A stretch of 64,000 nt of DNA from a virus (IMGVR_UViG_3300028805_000047), one strand, 5' to 3'; positions 44,972 through 55,857 are shown, counted from the stretch's first letter. Program-made: numbers and translations. The notes: generated by a model from the letters alone, not told the origin.

Positions 44972-47900
44972 ATGGATGCATTATTATCTTTTAAAGATTT
45001 TTCTAAATCTGAACTATTAGAAAATCAATCTCAATACTATGATTCTCTTTTTAAAAAGATTAACATTTATACAAATAATGTCAGACTTGGTATAATTAAT
45101 GAAAATGCCAAATATATTGACAGAGATATTTATCTTATTGAAGAAGAGAAGCAAGTTGCTCATGATATTTTAATAATGCTCAAAGAGCAGTTGGTAAAAA
45201 CTGCTTATGAAAGATATGATATTGTTTTAGATGAAGGCTTGATTGACAGTACAAAGAATTTTGTCAATAAAGTAAAGAATAAAGCTCAAAATACCGTAAA
45301 TAACTTAAAAGATACAAAGTCCAAAATAACGACTGCATTCAATATGTTGCTTGAAGCCATTAAGAAAGGTTTTAAGACAATATCAGAATTATTAAAGTTT
45401 TTCAGAGAATGGCTGTTTGAAAAATTGAGCGATACGCTTAGTGACTCTATTGAAAAATTAGGCCTTATTGGTAAAGGTAAAAACGAATCTGAAAAAGAAA
45501 CAAATTCAATTTATAACGGTCCAATCAATGTAGGTACTGCAACCATTACTGAATCAAAAAATAAAGATGATGAAAAATCAGATAAAGAAGATCTTGCTAA
45601 TTCATTTAAGAAATATACTGAAAATATAAAGTCAGTAGAGATTGACAATAGTGAGCAAAGCAATGCTGACAATGGTTTGAAGAGAGAAGGTGAAAAAGAC
45701 TTTTTTGACGCCGTAGTCGCTGCTACAATGACCAAGGTTAAAGAAATTCCTGATGCTGACAAAGTTGAATTGAATGAAAGTGTATTTTCAGACCTTGTAA
45801 ATGGAATTAAGAATAATGACCTGTTTAGAAAATTTGCAAATAATGCATTTGTAAAGAAGATTCAAGGAAATAAAGTCGTTCGATTTTTGTCAATGATTTT
45901 AATTGGTATTGTTTCTTCAATAATTGTAACACAATGCTTGCCCGTTATTCTATCAGCTATCACACTGGCGCTTGGAGCAACAGCAGGCGGGACTTTGGTG
46001 ACATTGATTCCTATTGTATGTAGAATTATATGGTCATCAAGAGCAGTGCTTAAAGTATTTATTAACAGATATAAAGATTGGAAACATGTTAAAGAAACAG
46101 GTGAGGACAACAGCTTTATAACTGGTAAATTCTTACTTGACTTACTTGTTCAAATCGCCATACTTGCTGCAACAAATGTAATTCCGATGGGGACTATTTT
46201 AGGTAAGATTGGTGGATTTGTATCTAAAATACCATTTGTCGGCGATTTGGCAAAAACTGTCGGAACTGAAGTTGGATCATTTGTAGGTAAGTTTATCGGA
46301 GCAATCCAAGATTTACTATTAACTGCAACTGAAAAAACTTCAAGTGCCATTGTCGGACAGATTATACCTCAAGAGCAAGTACAAAAAATTGTTGCTGAGG
46401 CTTTCAGGAATTGCGGACTTGCAAACTGGTTTTCAAGTAAATTCAATTATGAATATACACATGAAGAAACTGTAACTCAAACAAAGAATTTGTCAAGTGA
46501 GGAACATGACGCAAAACAAAAGGAGATAGCTAAGAAAATGCGTGAAGATGCTTCAAATCCTGACCTTGATAAACAATTCCAAAAAGAATTCAGTAATTCA
46601 GGAACAAATGGGGCTCAGGCAAACTGTCCTACTGATGCCTTGACAGGTGATAATGAAAAATATGCAGATGTCGCGAAAAGTTTGAGAAATGAAATTGAAA
46701 AAGCTACAGGTGTAGACGGTATACATTTTATAGATAAGGACGGACTACCTGTCGTAGTTGACAATTCTGGAAATCCTATTACAGACAGAAGTATTCTTGA
46801 CAAAGTTCAGAATACTGTGTTGAACGGCAACGGTGGTCAAGGCTGGATTGGAAATGGAAAGGATCAGTTTCCAATAACTACAAGAAAAGCTGGAGGAGCG
46901 ATATTCAAAATTTGGGGTGGTGAAGCAAAAGAAACTATTTCTAAATTAGTTGCAGACACACTTGACGGAGATTTATTCCCTCTTGTATTTTCACCTTTCA
47001 AGAGATTCAAAGATAATGCGATATTGTTAAGCAAGTCAAATGCAAGTTACAGTAAAAAGTTCAGCGGTAATTTAGGTCGTGGAATGGTCGTTGAGATGAC
47101 ATTTAAAGAACTTAAAGAAAAAGCGACTAATACCAAATCGATTAGCGAACTTGAAACTTTATTTAAAAATTTGAAAAATAATGCCGAGACAAGGGTTGAA
47201 AGCGATAAAGAGGCATTTGAAAAAGTAGACAAGATAAATTATGATGACAACAAGCTTCTTGTAATGTATGCAAAAGTTGAAGATGAGAATGTACCTTTCT
47301 TTGCATTCTCATATGATGCAATGAAACTTATTGACTGCTATAAAATGCCTGAAGGAACATCTAAGACAAGTAAGGAACGTACGGAAGTTATGAATGTAGA
47401 AGGCTTGTTCTCCCATTTGAATATAGTTCCTGAAGAAAAACACGACACTGAAGTAAAGGATAAGATATTTGATATGCTTGCCTTATATCTTCAGAAGGCT
47501 GCAGTCACAATGACACGAAAATATTATTTGCCTATTGTCAAAGACGGTGAAAAATTCGTACCTGTCAAAGAAGCAGGTGATACTTCCACTCTTACTGAAT
47601 TATACGGTATGTCTCTTGACAGAATTTGTGAAATTTTGAACTCTAACAAGGAAACTGCCGACGGTGAATTTAGAAGTTTGACAAATACAATATTCTCAGG
47701 TATCAATAACGAAAATGATCCTACTATTGAGAAAGAGAAAACTTATGTAAAGGATAATATTATTCCAATGCTTTCAGAGGATACGTTCTTGTCAAAAATG
47801 ATTAAGGAAGATCCTAAATACCGTAGGTTGAAAAAATGGCTTTATGACGATGATGGTAATTTCAATAAAGATGTAATTGACAAAGATGTCGAAAGCAAGC

Positions 47901-48553
47901 TTTATAGAATAATGACATCTTATTCTGATGATACTACAAGAAGTTGGAAAGACTTATTTAAGAATCTTGATGACAAGAAAATCAAGTCATTAAATATAAA
48001 GGCATTGGATGAAAATATATGGAATAACAAAAGTAAGATTAAGAAAGGTGCAAAAGAACTTGAAAATAATAAAGAGATTGAAAAAGAGCCTGAACATAAA
48101 CTTAAAGAAATCAAATCTTCTGAAAAGCGTTCAACGACATTTATCAGTAATATGATAAAACGTTTTGATGTTGATGAAAAGAAATCTGACATACATAAGG
48201 CATTTGTAAAACAAGCTATGAAAGATTGTGAGTCCTTGTATAAGGATGGAAATCTTAATGAAGAGATTTTAAGAGACAAATATATTGCTGCAGCGCTTAC
48301 AAGAATATTCAATTCTAAAAAATATCGTACAGATGAAAATTTTGATGAAGTAGCTAAGAAGAGAATAAGTCGTGCTGTGAACCTGTCAAGTTTTAAAGAC
48401 GAAGGTGATAAGCTGAAAGAAAGTCTTTTCAATGCATATAAACTTATTAAAGATAAGAAAATATCAAATGAGTATAGAGGATTGAAAGAAGGCTTGTATG
48501 GCAATCTTATGACATTTAATGAATTTATTAATGAGTGCTGTTTTCCTTTCTGA
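44972..48553 (+). CDS. Large virion-associated protein (1193 aa) with hydrophobic transmembrane-like segments and long charged coiled-coil regions; possibly a tape-measure or ejection protein
   Basis: Late boxes upstream. Hydrophobic stretch 'FLSMILIGIVSSIIVTQCLPVILSAITLALGATAGGTLVTLIPIVC' and a glycine-zipper region. No enzymatic motif recognised. Confidence 0.5.
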   Translation: MDALLSFKDFSKSELLENQSQYYDSLFKKINIYTNNVRLGIINENAKYIDRDIYLIEEEKQVAHDILIMLKEQLVKTAYERYDIVLDEGLIDSTKNFVNKVKNKAQNTVNNLKDTKSKITTAFNMLLEAIKKGFKTISELLKFFREWLFEKLSDTLSDSIEKLGLIGKGKNESEKETNSIYNGPINVGTATITESKNKDDEKSDKEDLANSFKKYTENIKSVEIDNSEQSNADNGLKREGEKDFFDAVVAATMTKVKEIPDADKVELNESVFSDLVNGIKNNDLFRKFANNAFVKKIQGNKVVRFLSMILIGIVSSIIVTQCLPVILSAITLALGATAGGTLVTLIPIVCRIIWSSRAVLKVFINRYKDWKHVKETGEDNSFITGKFLLDLLVQIAILAATNVIPMGTILGKIGGFVSKIPFVGDLAKTVGTEVGSFVGKFIGAIQDLLLTATEKTSSAIVGQIIPQEQVQKIVAEAFRNCGLANWFSSKFNYEYTHEETVTQTKNLSSEEHDAKQKEIAKKMREDASNPDLDKQFQKEFSNSGTNGAQANCPTDALTGDNEKYADVAKSLRNEIEKATGVDGIHFIDKDGLPVVVDNSGNPITDRSILDKVQNTVLNGNGGQGWIGNGKDQFPITTRKAGGAIFKIWGGEAKETISKLVADTLDGDLFPLVFSPFKRFKDNAILLSKSNASYSKKFSGNLGRGMVVEMTFKELKEKATNTKSISELETLFKNLKNNAETRVESDKEAFEKVDKINYDDNKLLVMYAKVEDENVPFFAFSYDAMKLIDCYKMPEGTSKTSKERTEVMNVEGLFSHLNIVPEEKHDTEVKDKIFDMLALYLQKAAVTMTRKYYLPIVKDGEKFVPVKEAGDTSTLTELYGMSLDRICEILNSNKETADGEFRSLTNTIFSGINNENDPTIEKEKTYVKDNIIPMLSEDTFLSKMIKEDPKYRRLKKWLYDDDGNFNKDVIDKDVESKLYRIMTSYSDDTTRSWKDLFKNLDDKKIKSLNIKALDENIWNNKSKIKKGAKELENNKEIEKEPEHKLKEIKSSEKRSTTFISNMIKRFDVDEKKSDIHKAFVKQAMKDCESLYKDGNLNEEILRDKYIAAALTRIFNSKKYRTDENFDEVAKKRISRAVNLSSFKDEGDKLKESLFNAYKLIKDKKISNEYRGLKEGLYGNLMTFNEFINECCFPF

Positions 48554-48600
48554 TTTCACATAAATAAATTAAGTTTAATATTATTAATTAAATTCAGAAT

Positions 48601-49575
48601 ATGGTCTATAGAGCGAAAATTTCCATTAAGAAAAGTATATTTGAGAAAGAGATTAAACCGTTAAAAGTAAAGAATAACAGAGTTCAGAACACCAGAACTA
48701 TTCTTTTGACGAATAATATACCTCATCCTTATAAGTCTAAAATAGACACTAAGGCCGTTGAAATTAAAGTAAAACAGGAGAAACCTGTTCAAACTCCATT
48801 AAAGCTTAATACGAATAGTAGTCCTGTAAAAAATAACAAAGACTACAGTGTTAAAATAATTCCTTTAAAAGAGAAAGTCCTTGAACTTGAAAACAGACCT
48901 GAAGATATTATACAAGAAATAGAAAATATCTGTTATACAGTAATTAAAGGACCTTATGACACTTTAAAAGAGCCTACATTCAAATCTGAAGGTTGGAGGT
49001 ATATTTGTTTTACTGATCAAAATGTTGTAAGTGACGTATGGGAAATAAAACCAATTCCAGAAGAACTTTCAAAACTTGATGATATAAAACAACAGAGATG
49101 TTTGAAAACACAACCTCATAAATTTTTACCAGAGCATGAATGGTCAGTTTATGTTGATGCAAATATTACAGTTAAAGTTGGAATGTGGAAGCTCATAAAA
49201 GATATTTGTGAGTTTAAGGATTTTTCAGTCCCTACACATCCTTCAAATAATTGTATATATAACGAAAGAAAAGTATGTATGTCATTAAAAAAAGATAATG
49301 GTACTGAATCTGAAAAACAATTTAAGAAATATCAGAAAGAAGGAATGCCAGAACATAATGGATTAAATGAGACAAATCTTTTAGTTCGTAAAGATTGTAA
49401 TGATGTTAGAAAACTTGATGATTTATGGTGGAAAGAGATTAAAAACGGTTCACACAGGGATCAGTTGTCATTTAATTACTGTACTTGGAAACTTGACTAT
49501 AAAGTGAATAATCTGAATAAGGATATTGTTAGAAAATCTAAATATTTTTCAATTATACGTCATTTATCAAATTAA
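48601..49575 (+). CDS. Hypothetical protein (324 aa); a DxD-like 'SVYVDANI' raises the possibility of a nucleotide-sugar transferase
   Basis: ORF tiling; weak motif only. Confidence 0.4.
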   Translation: MVYRAKISIKKSIFEKEIKPLKVKNNRVQNTRTILLTNNIPHPYKSKIDTKAVEIKVKQEKPVQTPLKLNTNSSPVKNNKDYSVKIIPLKEKVLELENRPEDIIQEIENICYTVIKGPYDTLKEPTFKSEGWRYICFTDQNVVSDVWEIKPIPEELSKLDDIKQQRCLKTQPHKFLPEHEWSVYVDANITVKVGMWKLIKDICEFKDFSVPTHPSNNCIYNERKVCMSLKKDNGTESEKQFKKYQKEGMPEHNGLNETNLLVRKDCNDVRKLDDLWWKEIKNGSHRDQLSFNYCTWKLDYKVNNLNKDIVRKSKYFSIIRHLSN

Positions 49576-49583
49576 AATTAAAT

Positions 49584-50213
49584 ATGTATTGTATTTTAAG
49601 TATATTAGATACTGATAAAGGTAATAAAATAGCTGATGATATGATTATATGGCTAAGAAAATCATATAATATTATAACAGTTAAACATAATGGTCAGCGA
49701 TTTGAATATCCAGGTATAAAAGTAGCTATTGACAAGTCAATTGAATTAAATGAACCAGTATTATATTTACATACAAAGGGAGCATTTAATGATAGAATAA
49801 TAGAGGATAAAGAAGAATTTGTAACTAAACACAAATTGAATATATTACCAAATGAAATTACAGAAATAAATTTACCTAAATATACAAGATTTTTATGGCA
49901 GTATGAATTTGAAGATCCTAAAAAATATTTAATAGAATTATCTGATAAAGAACCTATGGTTGTATGTCCATATTCTGGATTGAATAAAATTACTTGGTTA
50001 AATGGATTTATAATGAATTCAAAAGCTGCTAAAGAATTATCTAAAACATTCAGAGAATCTTATAATAGATTTTATTATGAACAAATGTTTAAGAATACAA
50101 AAGTTATTGTTAAAGGTCTCAGAATAAATAATGTTATTCCTGATGGTATACAATCATCAGTTTGGAATGATATGATAAATTTATATAATCAATATTATGA
50201 TGCTAATAAGTAA
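49584..50213 (+). CDS. Hypothetical protein (209 aa)
   Basis: ORF tiling. Confidence 0.45.
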   Translation: MYCILSILDTDKGNKIADDMIIWLRKSYNIITVKHNGQRFEYPGIKVAIDKSIELNEPVLYLHTKGAFNDRIIEDKEEFVTKHKLNILPNEITEINLPKYTRFLWQYEFEDPKKYLIELSDKEPMVVCPYSGLNKITWLNGFIMNSKAAKELSKTFRESYNRFYYEQMFKNTKVIVKGLRINNVIPDGIQSSVWNDMINLYNQYYDANK

Positions 50214-51594
50214 TAGTTGTATTTCTAGTTGGATATTTACAAAGATATTTAATCAAGAGATTAATCATCCATTAGTATGGTGTACAATAGATCCTGAATC
50301 AATGTGTAATTTAATTGAAAATTTTTATGCAATTGATTTTTCAAAATATTGTCTTAGAAAATATACTGATAGTACATTCTCAATAGTTATTGATAACAAA
50401 GTAAGAGTAAATTATGTTCATTATAAAAAAGATATTAATGAAAATAATATTAAAGTTATAGAAACAAATGTCTTTTATAATAAGATTGAAGATTTTATTA
50501 TACAGAAGTATGAACAAAGATTAAAAAGATTTAATAAAAATGATAAACCTGTATTTATTTTAGGATTTCCAAGTGATATTAAGTCAGAAGCAAATTATAC
50601 TAAAGATGACGTCAAAAAGATAATAGAACATAATATTAATAAATTTAAAATAATTACATGTATCAATGATTGTAATTATGGAGATGAAGTAATAAAATTT
50701 CCTAAAAATAAATTTATAGATAATGGTCTAGATTTTAGTACTTATATATATAATAATTCTAATATCTTAAAGGATATGAATCAATATTTTGAAAAGAAAA
50801 ATGAATTTATAGAATGGTGTAAAGGAAGATATAACCTAGATAATCCTAAAACTATTCAAGATAAAATACAATGGTTAAAATTAAATGATTCAACTGATTT
50901 AAAAACATGTTGTGCTGACAAAATTTTATTACATGATTACTGTAAAGAAAAACTTGGTAAAGATATTTGTATACCAGTTATTAAAGTATTTAATGATTTT
51001 TGTATAAATTTAAATGAATTACCAAAGCAGTTTGTATTAAAATGCAATCATGGTAGCGGTATGAATATTATTGTAAAAGATAGTAGTTTATTAGATATAG
51101 TTGATACTAAAAATAAACTTGAAAAATGGTTAAATAAAGATTTTGCATTTCAAAATCATTTTGAATATCATTATCATAATATTAAAAGAAAAATTTATGC
51201 TGAAAAATTTATGATTGATGAAAAACAAAAATCATCATTATATGATTATAAATTTTGGTGTTTTAATGGTGTACCTAAATTTTTTACAATAAATGAAGGT
51301 CATGGACATGGACCACTTATACACTATAATCTAGATGGATCAAGGTCAAGTATAGAAAGATTAGATCATTCAGTTCCTATAGGATTAGATTATGATAAAC
51401 CTAAAAACTTTGATTTAATGGTTGAATATGCAAAAACTTTGTCAAAAGATTTTAAGCTTGTCAGAGTTGATTTCTATGAAATAAATAATGAAGTTTATTT
51501 AGGTGAATTGACATTTACACCTGGTTCTGGAACTTTTAGATATAAGAATAGAGAAGATGAAATAGCTGTTGGAAATATGTTGAAACTTAAATAG
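50197..51594 (+). CDS. Protein with a C-terminal ATP-grasp ligase domain (465 aa)
   Basis: 'FVLKCNHGSGMNIIVKD' and 'LVRVDFYEINNEVYLGELTFTPGSG' parallel the ORF at 16955 and the ATP-grasp C-terminal block. Confidence 0.5.
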   Translation: MMLISNSCISSWIFTKIFNQEINHPLVWCTIDPESMCNLIENFYAIDFSKYCLRKYTDSTFSIVIDNKVRVNYVHYKKDINENNIKVIETNVFYNKIEDFIIQKYEQRLKRFNKNDKPVFILGFPSDIKSEANYTKDDVKKIIEHNINKFKIITCINDCNYGDEVIKFPKNKFIDNGLDFSTYIYNNSNILKDMNQYFEKKNEFIEWCKGRYNLDNPKTIQDKIQWLKLNDSTDLKTCCADKILLHDYCKEKLGKDICIPVIKVFNDFCINLNELPKQFVLKCNHGSGMNIIVKDSSLLDIVDTKNKLEKWLNKDFAFQNHFEYHYHNIKRKIYAEKFMIDEKQKSSLYDYKFWCFNGVPKFFTINEGHGHGPLIHYNLDGSRSSIERLDHSVPIGLDYDKPKNFDLMVEYAKTLSKDFKLVRVDFYEINNEVYLGELTFTPGSGTFRYKNREDEIAVGNMLKLK

Positions 51595-51634
51595 CATCTT
51601 TTATTGTTTATTATTAAAAACAAATTTTAAGATT

Positions 51635-52321
51635 ATGAATCCAACAGAGTATTTTTATTTTGACATTGAGACGTCAGGAGCTTACAGGGATATTCATACA
51701 ATGTACACGAAAACTCCAGAAATGTATAAATTGTTTATTCATAAAATGGAGAGGATGAGAGAAAAAGATCCAGCTATGAAAGATTCAAATATAGTTCCAT
51801 TATATCCTATGAAAGCTCCATTGTTTCCAGAGTTTGGCAGGATTGTATGTTTTTCGTACGCATATTTTGACAATGACAATTTATATCTTGATTCTGTTCA
51901 AAACCCTGATGAGGAACAGCTAATACATGGAATACTCGATGTTATCAATACAATAGTGATTCCTAAAAATTTAAAGCTTTGTGGATATAATATCAAAGGA
52001 TTTGACATACCGTATCTTTTCAAAAAATTCCTACACTATAAAATGACACCGCCTGCCTGTGTGAATTTCTTTAATAAGAAACCATGGGAGGTTGAATGTC
52101 TTGACCTTATGGAATTATGGAAGAATAATTCAAACCAGCAAATCGCGACATTAGAGGAATTCGCATTTGCCCTTGGTATAGAGTCACCTAAAACCGAGCT
52201 TTCAGGAGACAAGGTTCATGAGACATATTATAAAGGCGAGCATGAACTGGTTAAGAAATATTGTCAGCAGGATGTTATGTGTTGTGTTAAATGCGTTTAC
52301 GAAATTCAAAATTTAGTTTAA
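51635..52321 (+). CDS. DEDDy-type 3'-5' exonuclease (DnaQ-like), standalone 228 aa
   Basis: Exo I 'YFDIETSG', Exo II 'CGYNIKGFDIPYLF', Exo III 'YCQQDV' (YxxxD). Confidence 0.6.
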   Translation: MNPTEYFYFDIETSGAYRDIHTMYTKTPEMYKLFIHKMERMREKDPAMKDSNIVPLYPMKAPLFPEFGRIVCFSYAYFDNDNLYLDSVQNPDEEQLIHGILDVINTIVIPKNLKLCGYNIKGFDIPYLFKKFLHYKMTPPACVNFFNKKPWEVECLDLMELWKNNSNQQIATLEEFAFALGIESPKTELSGDKVHETYYKGEHELVKKYCQQDVMCCVKCVYEIQNLV

Positions 52322-52368
52322 CATAAATATATCGTATAAATTGTTGAACATTTAAAATATTTTAAGTT

Positions 52369-53127
52369 ATGCCAATACGAAAAGTACATGGAGGATATAA
52401 ATTCGGCAAGGTCGGAAAAGTATATCGAACAAAGAAAAAAGCTGAAAAACAAATGCGAGCAATGTATGCACATGGATTAGCTGAAGAGACCAAGGACCTG
52501 CCGACATTCAGTGCCGTAATAAATGAAGAAATTAATCCGCAAGTAGTAAATCATTCTTGGCAAGTATCTGATTTTATGAGAGGTGCTGAGCAAATTGATA
52601 AAAGTTTAACCGATTTGGTTGATAGTTTCTTGAATAATTTTGTCAATAAAATTTTTACATATTACTCACAGCAGGCTGATTTAAATGACAGTGATAAAAT
52701 TATAACGCCAATTGTCATAAGCCTTAATTCAGTAAGTTCTAAAAAACAATCAAAACCATTTGAAATCGTCATCGATTCAAATTATGAAGAACCATTATTA
52801 AATGATGGAAAGTACGGCCTTAGTGAAAAAACACGGTTTGTAAAAATAGATCAAGAAGATGATTATAAAACACTAGTCGGTAATATAATCTATTCTGATA
52901 GTGCGACAATGGAAACACTTGGTAAATTTTACTTTAATAAATTTTCACTCGGCCAGTCTTTTGTAATATCTATTAGAAATGAAGAAGGTGAAGGAACTCA
53001 ATATGCAAAACAGGCATTTGATTCAGGATGTAATGCAAATAATGGCATTATAGAATTTACTTTGAACAATTATCCTGATTTTGCTGAACTTGCTAATAAG
53101 TTTATAAATTCATTGAATACGTTATAA
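52369..53127 (+). CDS. Paralog of 32536..33390: conserved basic 47-aa N-terminal module with a divergent C-terminus (252 aa)
   Basis: 'MPIRKVHGGYKFGKVGKVYRTKKKAEKQMRAMYAHGLAEETKDLPTF...'. About 170 nt including the upstream leader are ~90% identical to 32505..32680. Confidence 0.55.
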   Translation: MPIRKVHGGYKFGKVGKVYRTKKKAEKQMRAMYAHGLAEETKDLPTFSAVINEEINPQVVNHSWQVSDFMRGAEQIDKSLTDLVDSFLNNFVNKIFTYYSQQADLNDSDKIITPIVISLNSVSSKKQSKPFEIVIDSNYEEPLLNDGKYGLSEKTRFVKIDQEDDYKTLVGNIIYSDSATMETLGKFYFNKFSLGQSFVISIRNEEGEGTQYAKQAFDSGCNANNGIIEFTLNNYPDFAELANKFINSLNTL

Positions 53128-53131
53128 TACT

Positions 53132-53521
53132 ATGGAAAATTTAAAAACTTTCAACAGCTTCATCAATGAAGCAGCTTCACTCGAAAAGGGACCTGATGGA
53201 ATGTATCATCCTAAATACAAGTTTGAGCTTAAAGCTCTTATGGAACAGTTGATAAAGAAAAGAGGTAATAGAGGTGATTTCAATGATATTGATACATCAA
53301 CCATTACTGATATGAGTGAATTATTTAAGTATAATAAAGAATTTAATGGAGATATTTCTAAATGGAATACAAGCAATGTCAAAGTCATGAAAGATATGTT
53401 CTTTAAAGCAGAAAAGTTTAATAGAGACATATCTCAATGGGATACAAGTAAAGTCACTGACATGAGTAATATGTTTGATGATTGTCCAATAAAAGAGGAA
53501 TATAAACCAAAATTCAAATAA
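53132..53521 (+). CDS. Short CTS-module protein with two or three DUF285-like repeats (129 aa)
   Basis: 'MENLKTFNSFINEAASLEKGPDGMYHPK...GDFNDIDTS...NGDISKWNTSNVKVMKDMF'. Confidence 0.55.
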   Translation: MENLKTFNSFINEAASLEKGPDGMYHPKYKFELKALMEQLIKKRGNRGDFNDIDTSTITDMSELFKYNKEFNGDISKWNTSNVKVMKDMFFKAEKFNRDISQWDTSKVTDMSNMFDDCPIKEEYKPKFK

Positions 53522-53560
53522 TAAGTAGGATTAAAAAATTCTTATCTAAAATACTTCAAA

Positions 53561-53597
53561 AACAACCCTGTCAGAAATGTCAGGGTTATTTTATTTT
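53561..53597 (+). terminator. Rho-independent terminator (conserved hairpin, copy 4, one mismatch)
   Basis: AACAACCCTG...CAGGGTTATT stem with a T-run. Confidence 0.8.
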
Positions 53598-53624
53598 AAA
53601 ATAATTTGAAAATTTTTCAAAATT

Positions 53625-53653
53625 TTGATCCAACTTTCAAAAATCTGTATTAT
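53625..53653 (+). promoter_or_regulatory. Sigma70-type promoter TTGATC-N17-TATTAT (copy 4)
   Basis: Same conserved element. Confidence 0.6.
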
Positions 53654-53690
53654 ATTTACCTCAACAAATTAACATTAAAACAATGAGGAT

Positions 53691-54122
53691 ATGAATACAA
53701 TTTATGTAATGAAGGACAAAGAATATTCAAGAGAAGAAGTTCTTGAGTCTTGGAACAGGGTGATAGCAGCTGTTGACAAATACTACAGCAAGGCTAAGAA
53801 AGTCTGTAGCTGGGATAACAAGTACAGTTTCTTTCGAGAATTCATTTTTCCTAAGACAAAGCTCTGGACATTTGATATTCTTAACAAAGCTGTTTTTAAT
53901 AAATTAAGAAGTTATGACACTCCGTTTCTAAGGCTTTCAAATGGATACATGCTTGACGGATTCGGACGTAATGTAACATATTTCAAGTTGGGAGAAAACG
54001 GATCGTGTTATTTCGATGATTTGGAAGGTAATAAAAGATATGGTATCGAATGTACACGATTCCTAAACGGTAATACAAGAGTAAGAATTTTTATCAGTGA
54101 ACAATTAAATATTAACAATTAA
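53691..54122 (+). CDS. Hypothetical protein (143 aa)
   Basis: SD 'gagga'; downstream of the conserved promoter. Confidence 0.5.
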   Translation: MNTIYVMKDKEYSREEVLESWNRVIAAVDKYYSKAKKVCSWDNKYSFFREFIFPKTKLWTFDILNKAVFNKLRSYDTPFLRLSNGYMLDGFGRNVTYFKLGENGSCYFDDLEGNKRYGIECTRFLNGNTRVRIFISEQLNINN

Positions 54123-54133
54123 AATTAAGGATT

Positions 54134-54673
54134 ATGAGAGAGGAAATTACAGAAAAGCTTGTGATCGTAAAGACTCCTAAAAAGATCACAATGTATGTTG
54201 CTGAAGATGGTACAAAATTTCAGGACAAGCAAGACTGCATATGTTATGAATTAAAGCCAAAATGGAATAATTGGCTTGAAAAGTTCGATGTGAAGGAAAT
54301 TGAATCCGAAAATTCTTCAACAGATACAATTGCATTTATGTATCATAAGGAATATGACAGTGAAATCCGGGAGTTCCTAAAAGCATATTCAAAATATTAT
54401 AAGTATGCCAAGGATGGTAAAATTTACCCTCGGTATCTAGGTAATCTTACAATAAGTGTATTAGGACATGTCGAAAATGAGATTAATAAAAAGGAATTTA
54501 TCGATAAGGAAATATACAAGTTTAATGTATATTATGATGAAGGAGATATTGACTATGAATATGGTACCTATGAGGTGGAATTTTTAGGTTGGGAAGAGGA
54601 GTCCTCAAAACTTCATGAGAAAATACAAGAACTTGAAAAAATATTTGGAAAGAAATTTATTATTAACAATTAA
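54134..54673 (+). CDS. Hypothetical protein (179 aa)
   Basis: SD 'aaggat'. Confidence 0.5.
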   Translation: MREEITEKLVIVKTPKKITMYVAEDGTKFQDKQDCICYELKPKWNNWLEKFDVKEIESENSSTDTIAFMYHKEYDSEIREFLKAYSKYYKYAKDGKIYPRYLGNLTISVLGHVENEINKKEFIDKEIYKFNVYYDEGDIDYEYGTYEVEFLGWEEESSKLHEKIQELEKIFGKKFIINN

Positions 54674-54685
54674 AATTAAACAGTT

Positions 54686-54934
54686 ATGAGTCCAGTAGTT
54701 CCACATTCGACATATACTCATCATAGTCATCATCAAGACAATTATAAACAAGTTTCGTTCACCTGTGATTCTTGTCATTCAAAATGTTATGTAAGCATAA
54801 AAGATGGTGACAATATTCCAAATGTGTGCAATTATTGTCAGATGACAACCTGTGAAAAAGCTGTATATAGCGGATTTGGAATATTTGTTTTTATAATAAT
54901 CGGAATTCTGATTGTAAAATGGTGCAGAGCATAA
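54686..54934 (+). CDS. Cys/His-rich small protein with a C-terminal membrane anchor (82 aa)
   Basis: 'CDSCHSKC...CNYCQMTTCEK' followed by 'GFGIFVFIIIGILIV'. Confidence 0.45.
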   Translation: MSPVVPHSTYTHHSHHQDNYKQVSFTCDSCHSKCYVSIKDGDNIPNVCNYCQMTTCEKAVYSGFGIFVFIIIGILIVKWCRA

Positions 54935-54968
54935 GAAAATTTGTTGTTTATTATTAAAAATTAAAATT

Positions 54969-55526
54969 ATGGCTTGGAATACTTTTAATAAGCAGACTGC
55001 TGACAGTACTGCAAATACTGCAAAGCTTTTATCTATAATCGCAGAAAAAAGTAAACTTATAGATCTTTTGCTAGACTCAATTGACCATTCATATCTCCAA
55101 ACTGACGGAACATATGGAGATTTGTCAAAAGAGGTTTCTGACAAAGTAGAATACATTAAAAAGTTAAAATATAAGAATAAACTTGATGATTATAAAAACC
55201 AAGAATCTCAAGAATTTAATACTGAAGAAATTAAGAACCTTGATGGTACAATCGTAAATTTCATTCTTCCAAGACTAAAAGCATTTAGGGAATTACGAGC
55301 TTCAACTCCAATAGAATTCGAAGAAGATGATTCAAATATTAAGAAATCAAGATTTGCGATGGATTTTAATTCTAAAGAAGATTGGCTTGCCTCACTTAAT
55401 TATATGATTGATTATTTTGAGAAATATGAAAAATATAAGAATAGTAAAAGTGGTTCATGGAAAGCAATGACTAATACGACTTTCCAAACACTTGGAGAAT
55501 GTTTTTCAAGACTTAACATTAAATAA
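54969..55526 (+). CDS. Hypothetical protein (185 aa)
   Basis: ORF tiling. Confidence 0.45.
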   Translation: MAWNTFNKQTADSTANTAKLLSIIAEKSKLIDLLLDSIDHSYLQTDGTYGDLSKEVSDKVEYIKKLKYKNKLDDYKNQESQEFNTEEIKNLDGTIVNFILPRLKAFRELRASTPIEFEEDDSNIKKSRFAMDFNSKEDWLASLNYMIDYFEKYEKYKNSKSGSWKAMTNTTFQTLGECFSRLNIK

Positions 55527-55554
55527 ATATGTTTGACTTTAATTATTAAAAATT

Positions 55555-55857
55555 ATGAATTCACTAATTATTATCATTCCGGGAATTTTGAATTTCCTTT
55601 GTTGGTTTTTACATTTAAATGCGACGCATGCAATGTCATTTTTGAAATTTTTAATTATTGTACCAATTTCATTTTGTCCTGTCATAAATATTGCATGTCT
55701 TATAATATTTATTATTTTAAGGCTCATAAATATTACTAATGATTATGAGAAGCTTAGTACATGTTATGATGAGGATAATCTTCTAGGCATGTCAAAAGAA
55801 ATTGACACTGATACGATAAGTGGAAAAATAATTAAGTTTTTTACTAAAAACAGATAA
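55555..55857 (+). CDS. Small two-helix membrane protein, copy A of a tandem paralog pair (100 aa)
   Basis: 'IIIPGILNFLCWFLHLNATHAMSFLKF...CPVINIACLIIFIIL...SGKIIKFFTKNR'. Two hydrophobic helices with the same architecture as the next ORF. Confidence 0.5.
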   Translation: MNSLIIIIPGILNFLCWFLHLNATHAMSFLKFLIIVPISFCPVINIACLIIFIILRLINITNDYEKLSTCYDEDNLLGMSKEIDTDTISGKIIKFFTKNR

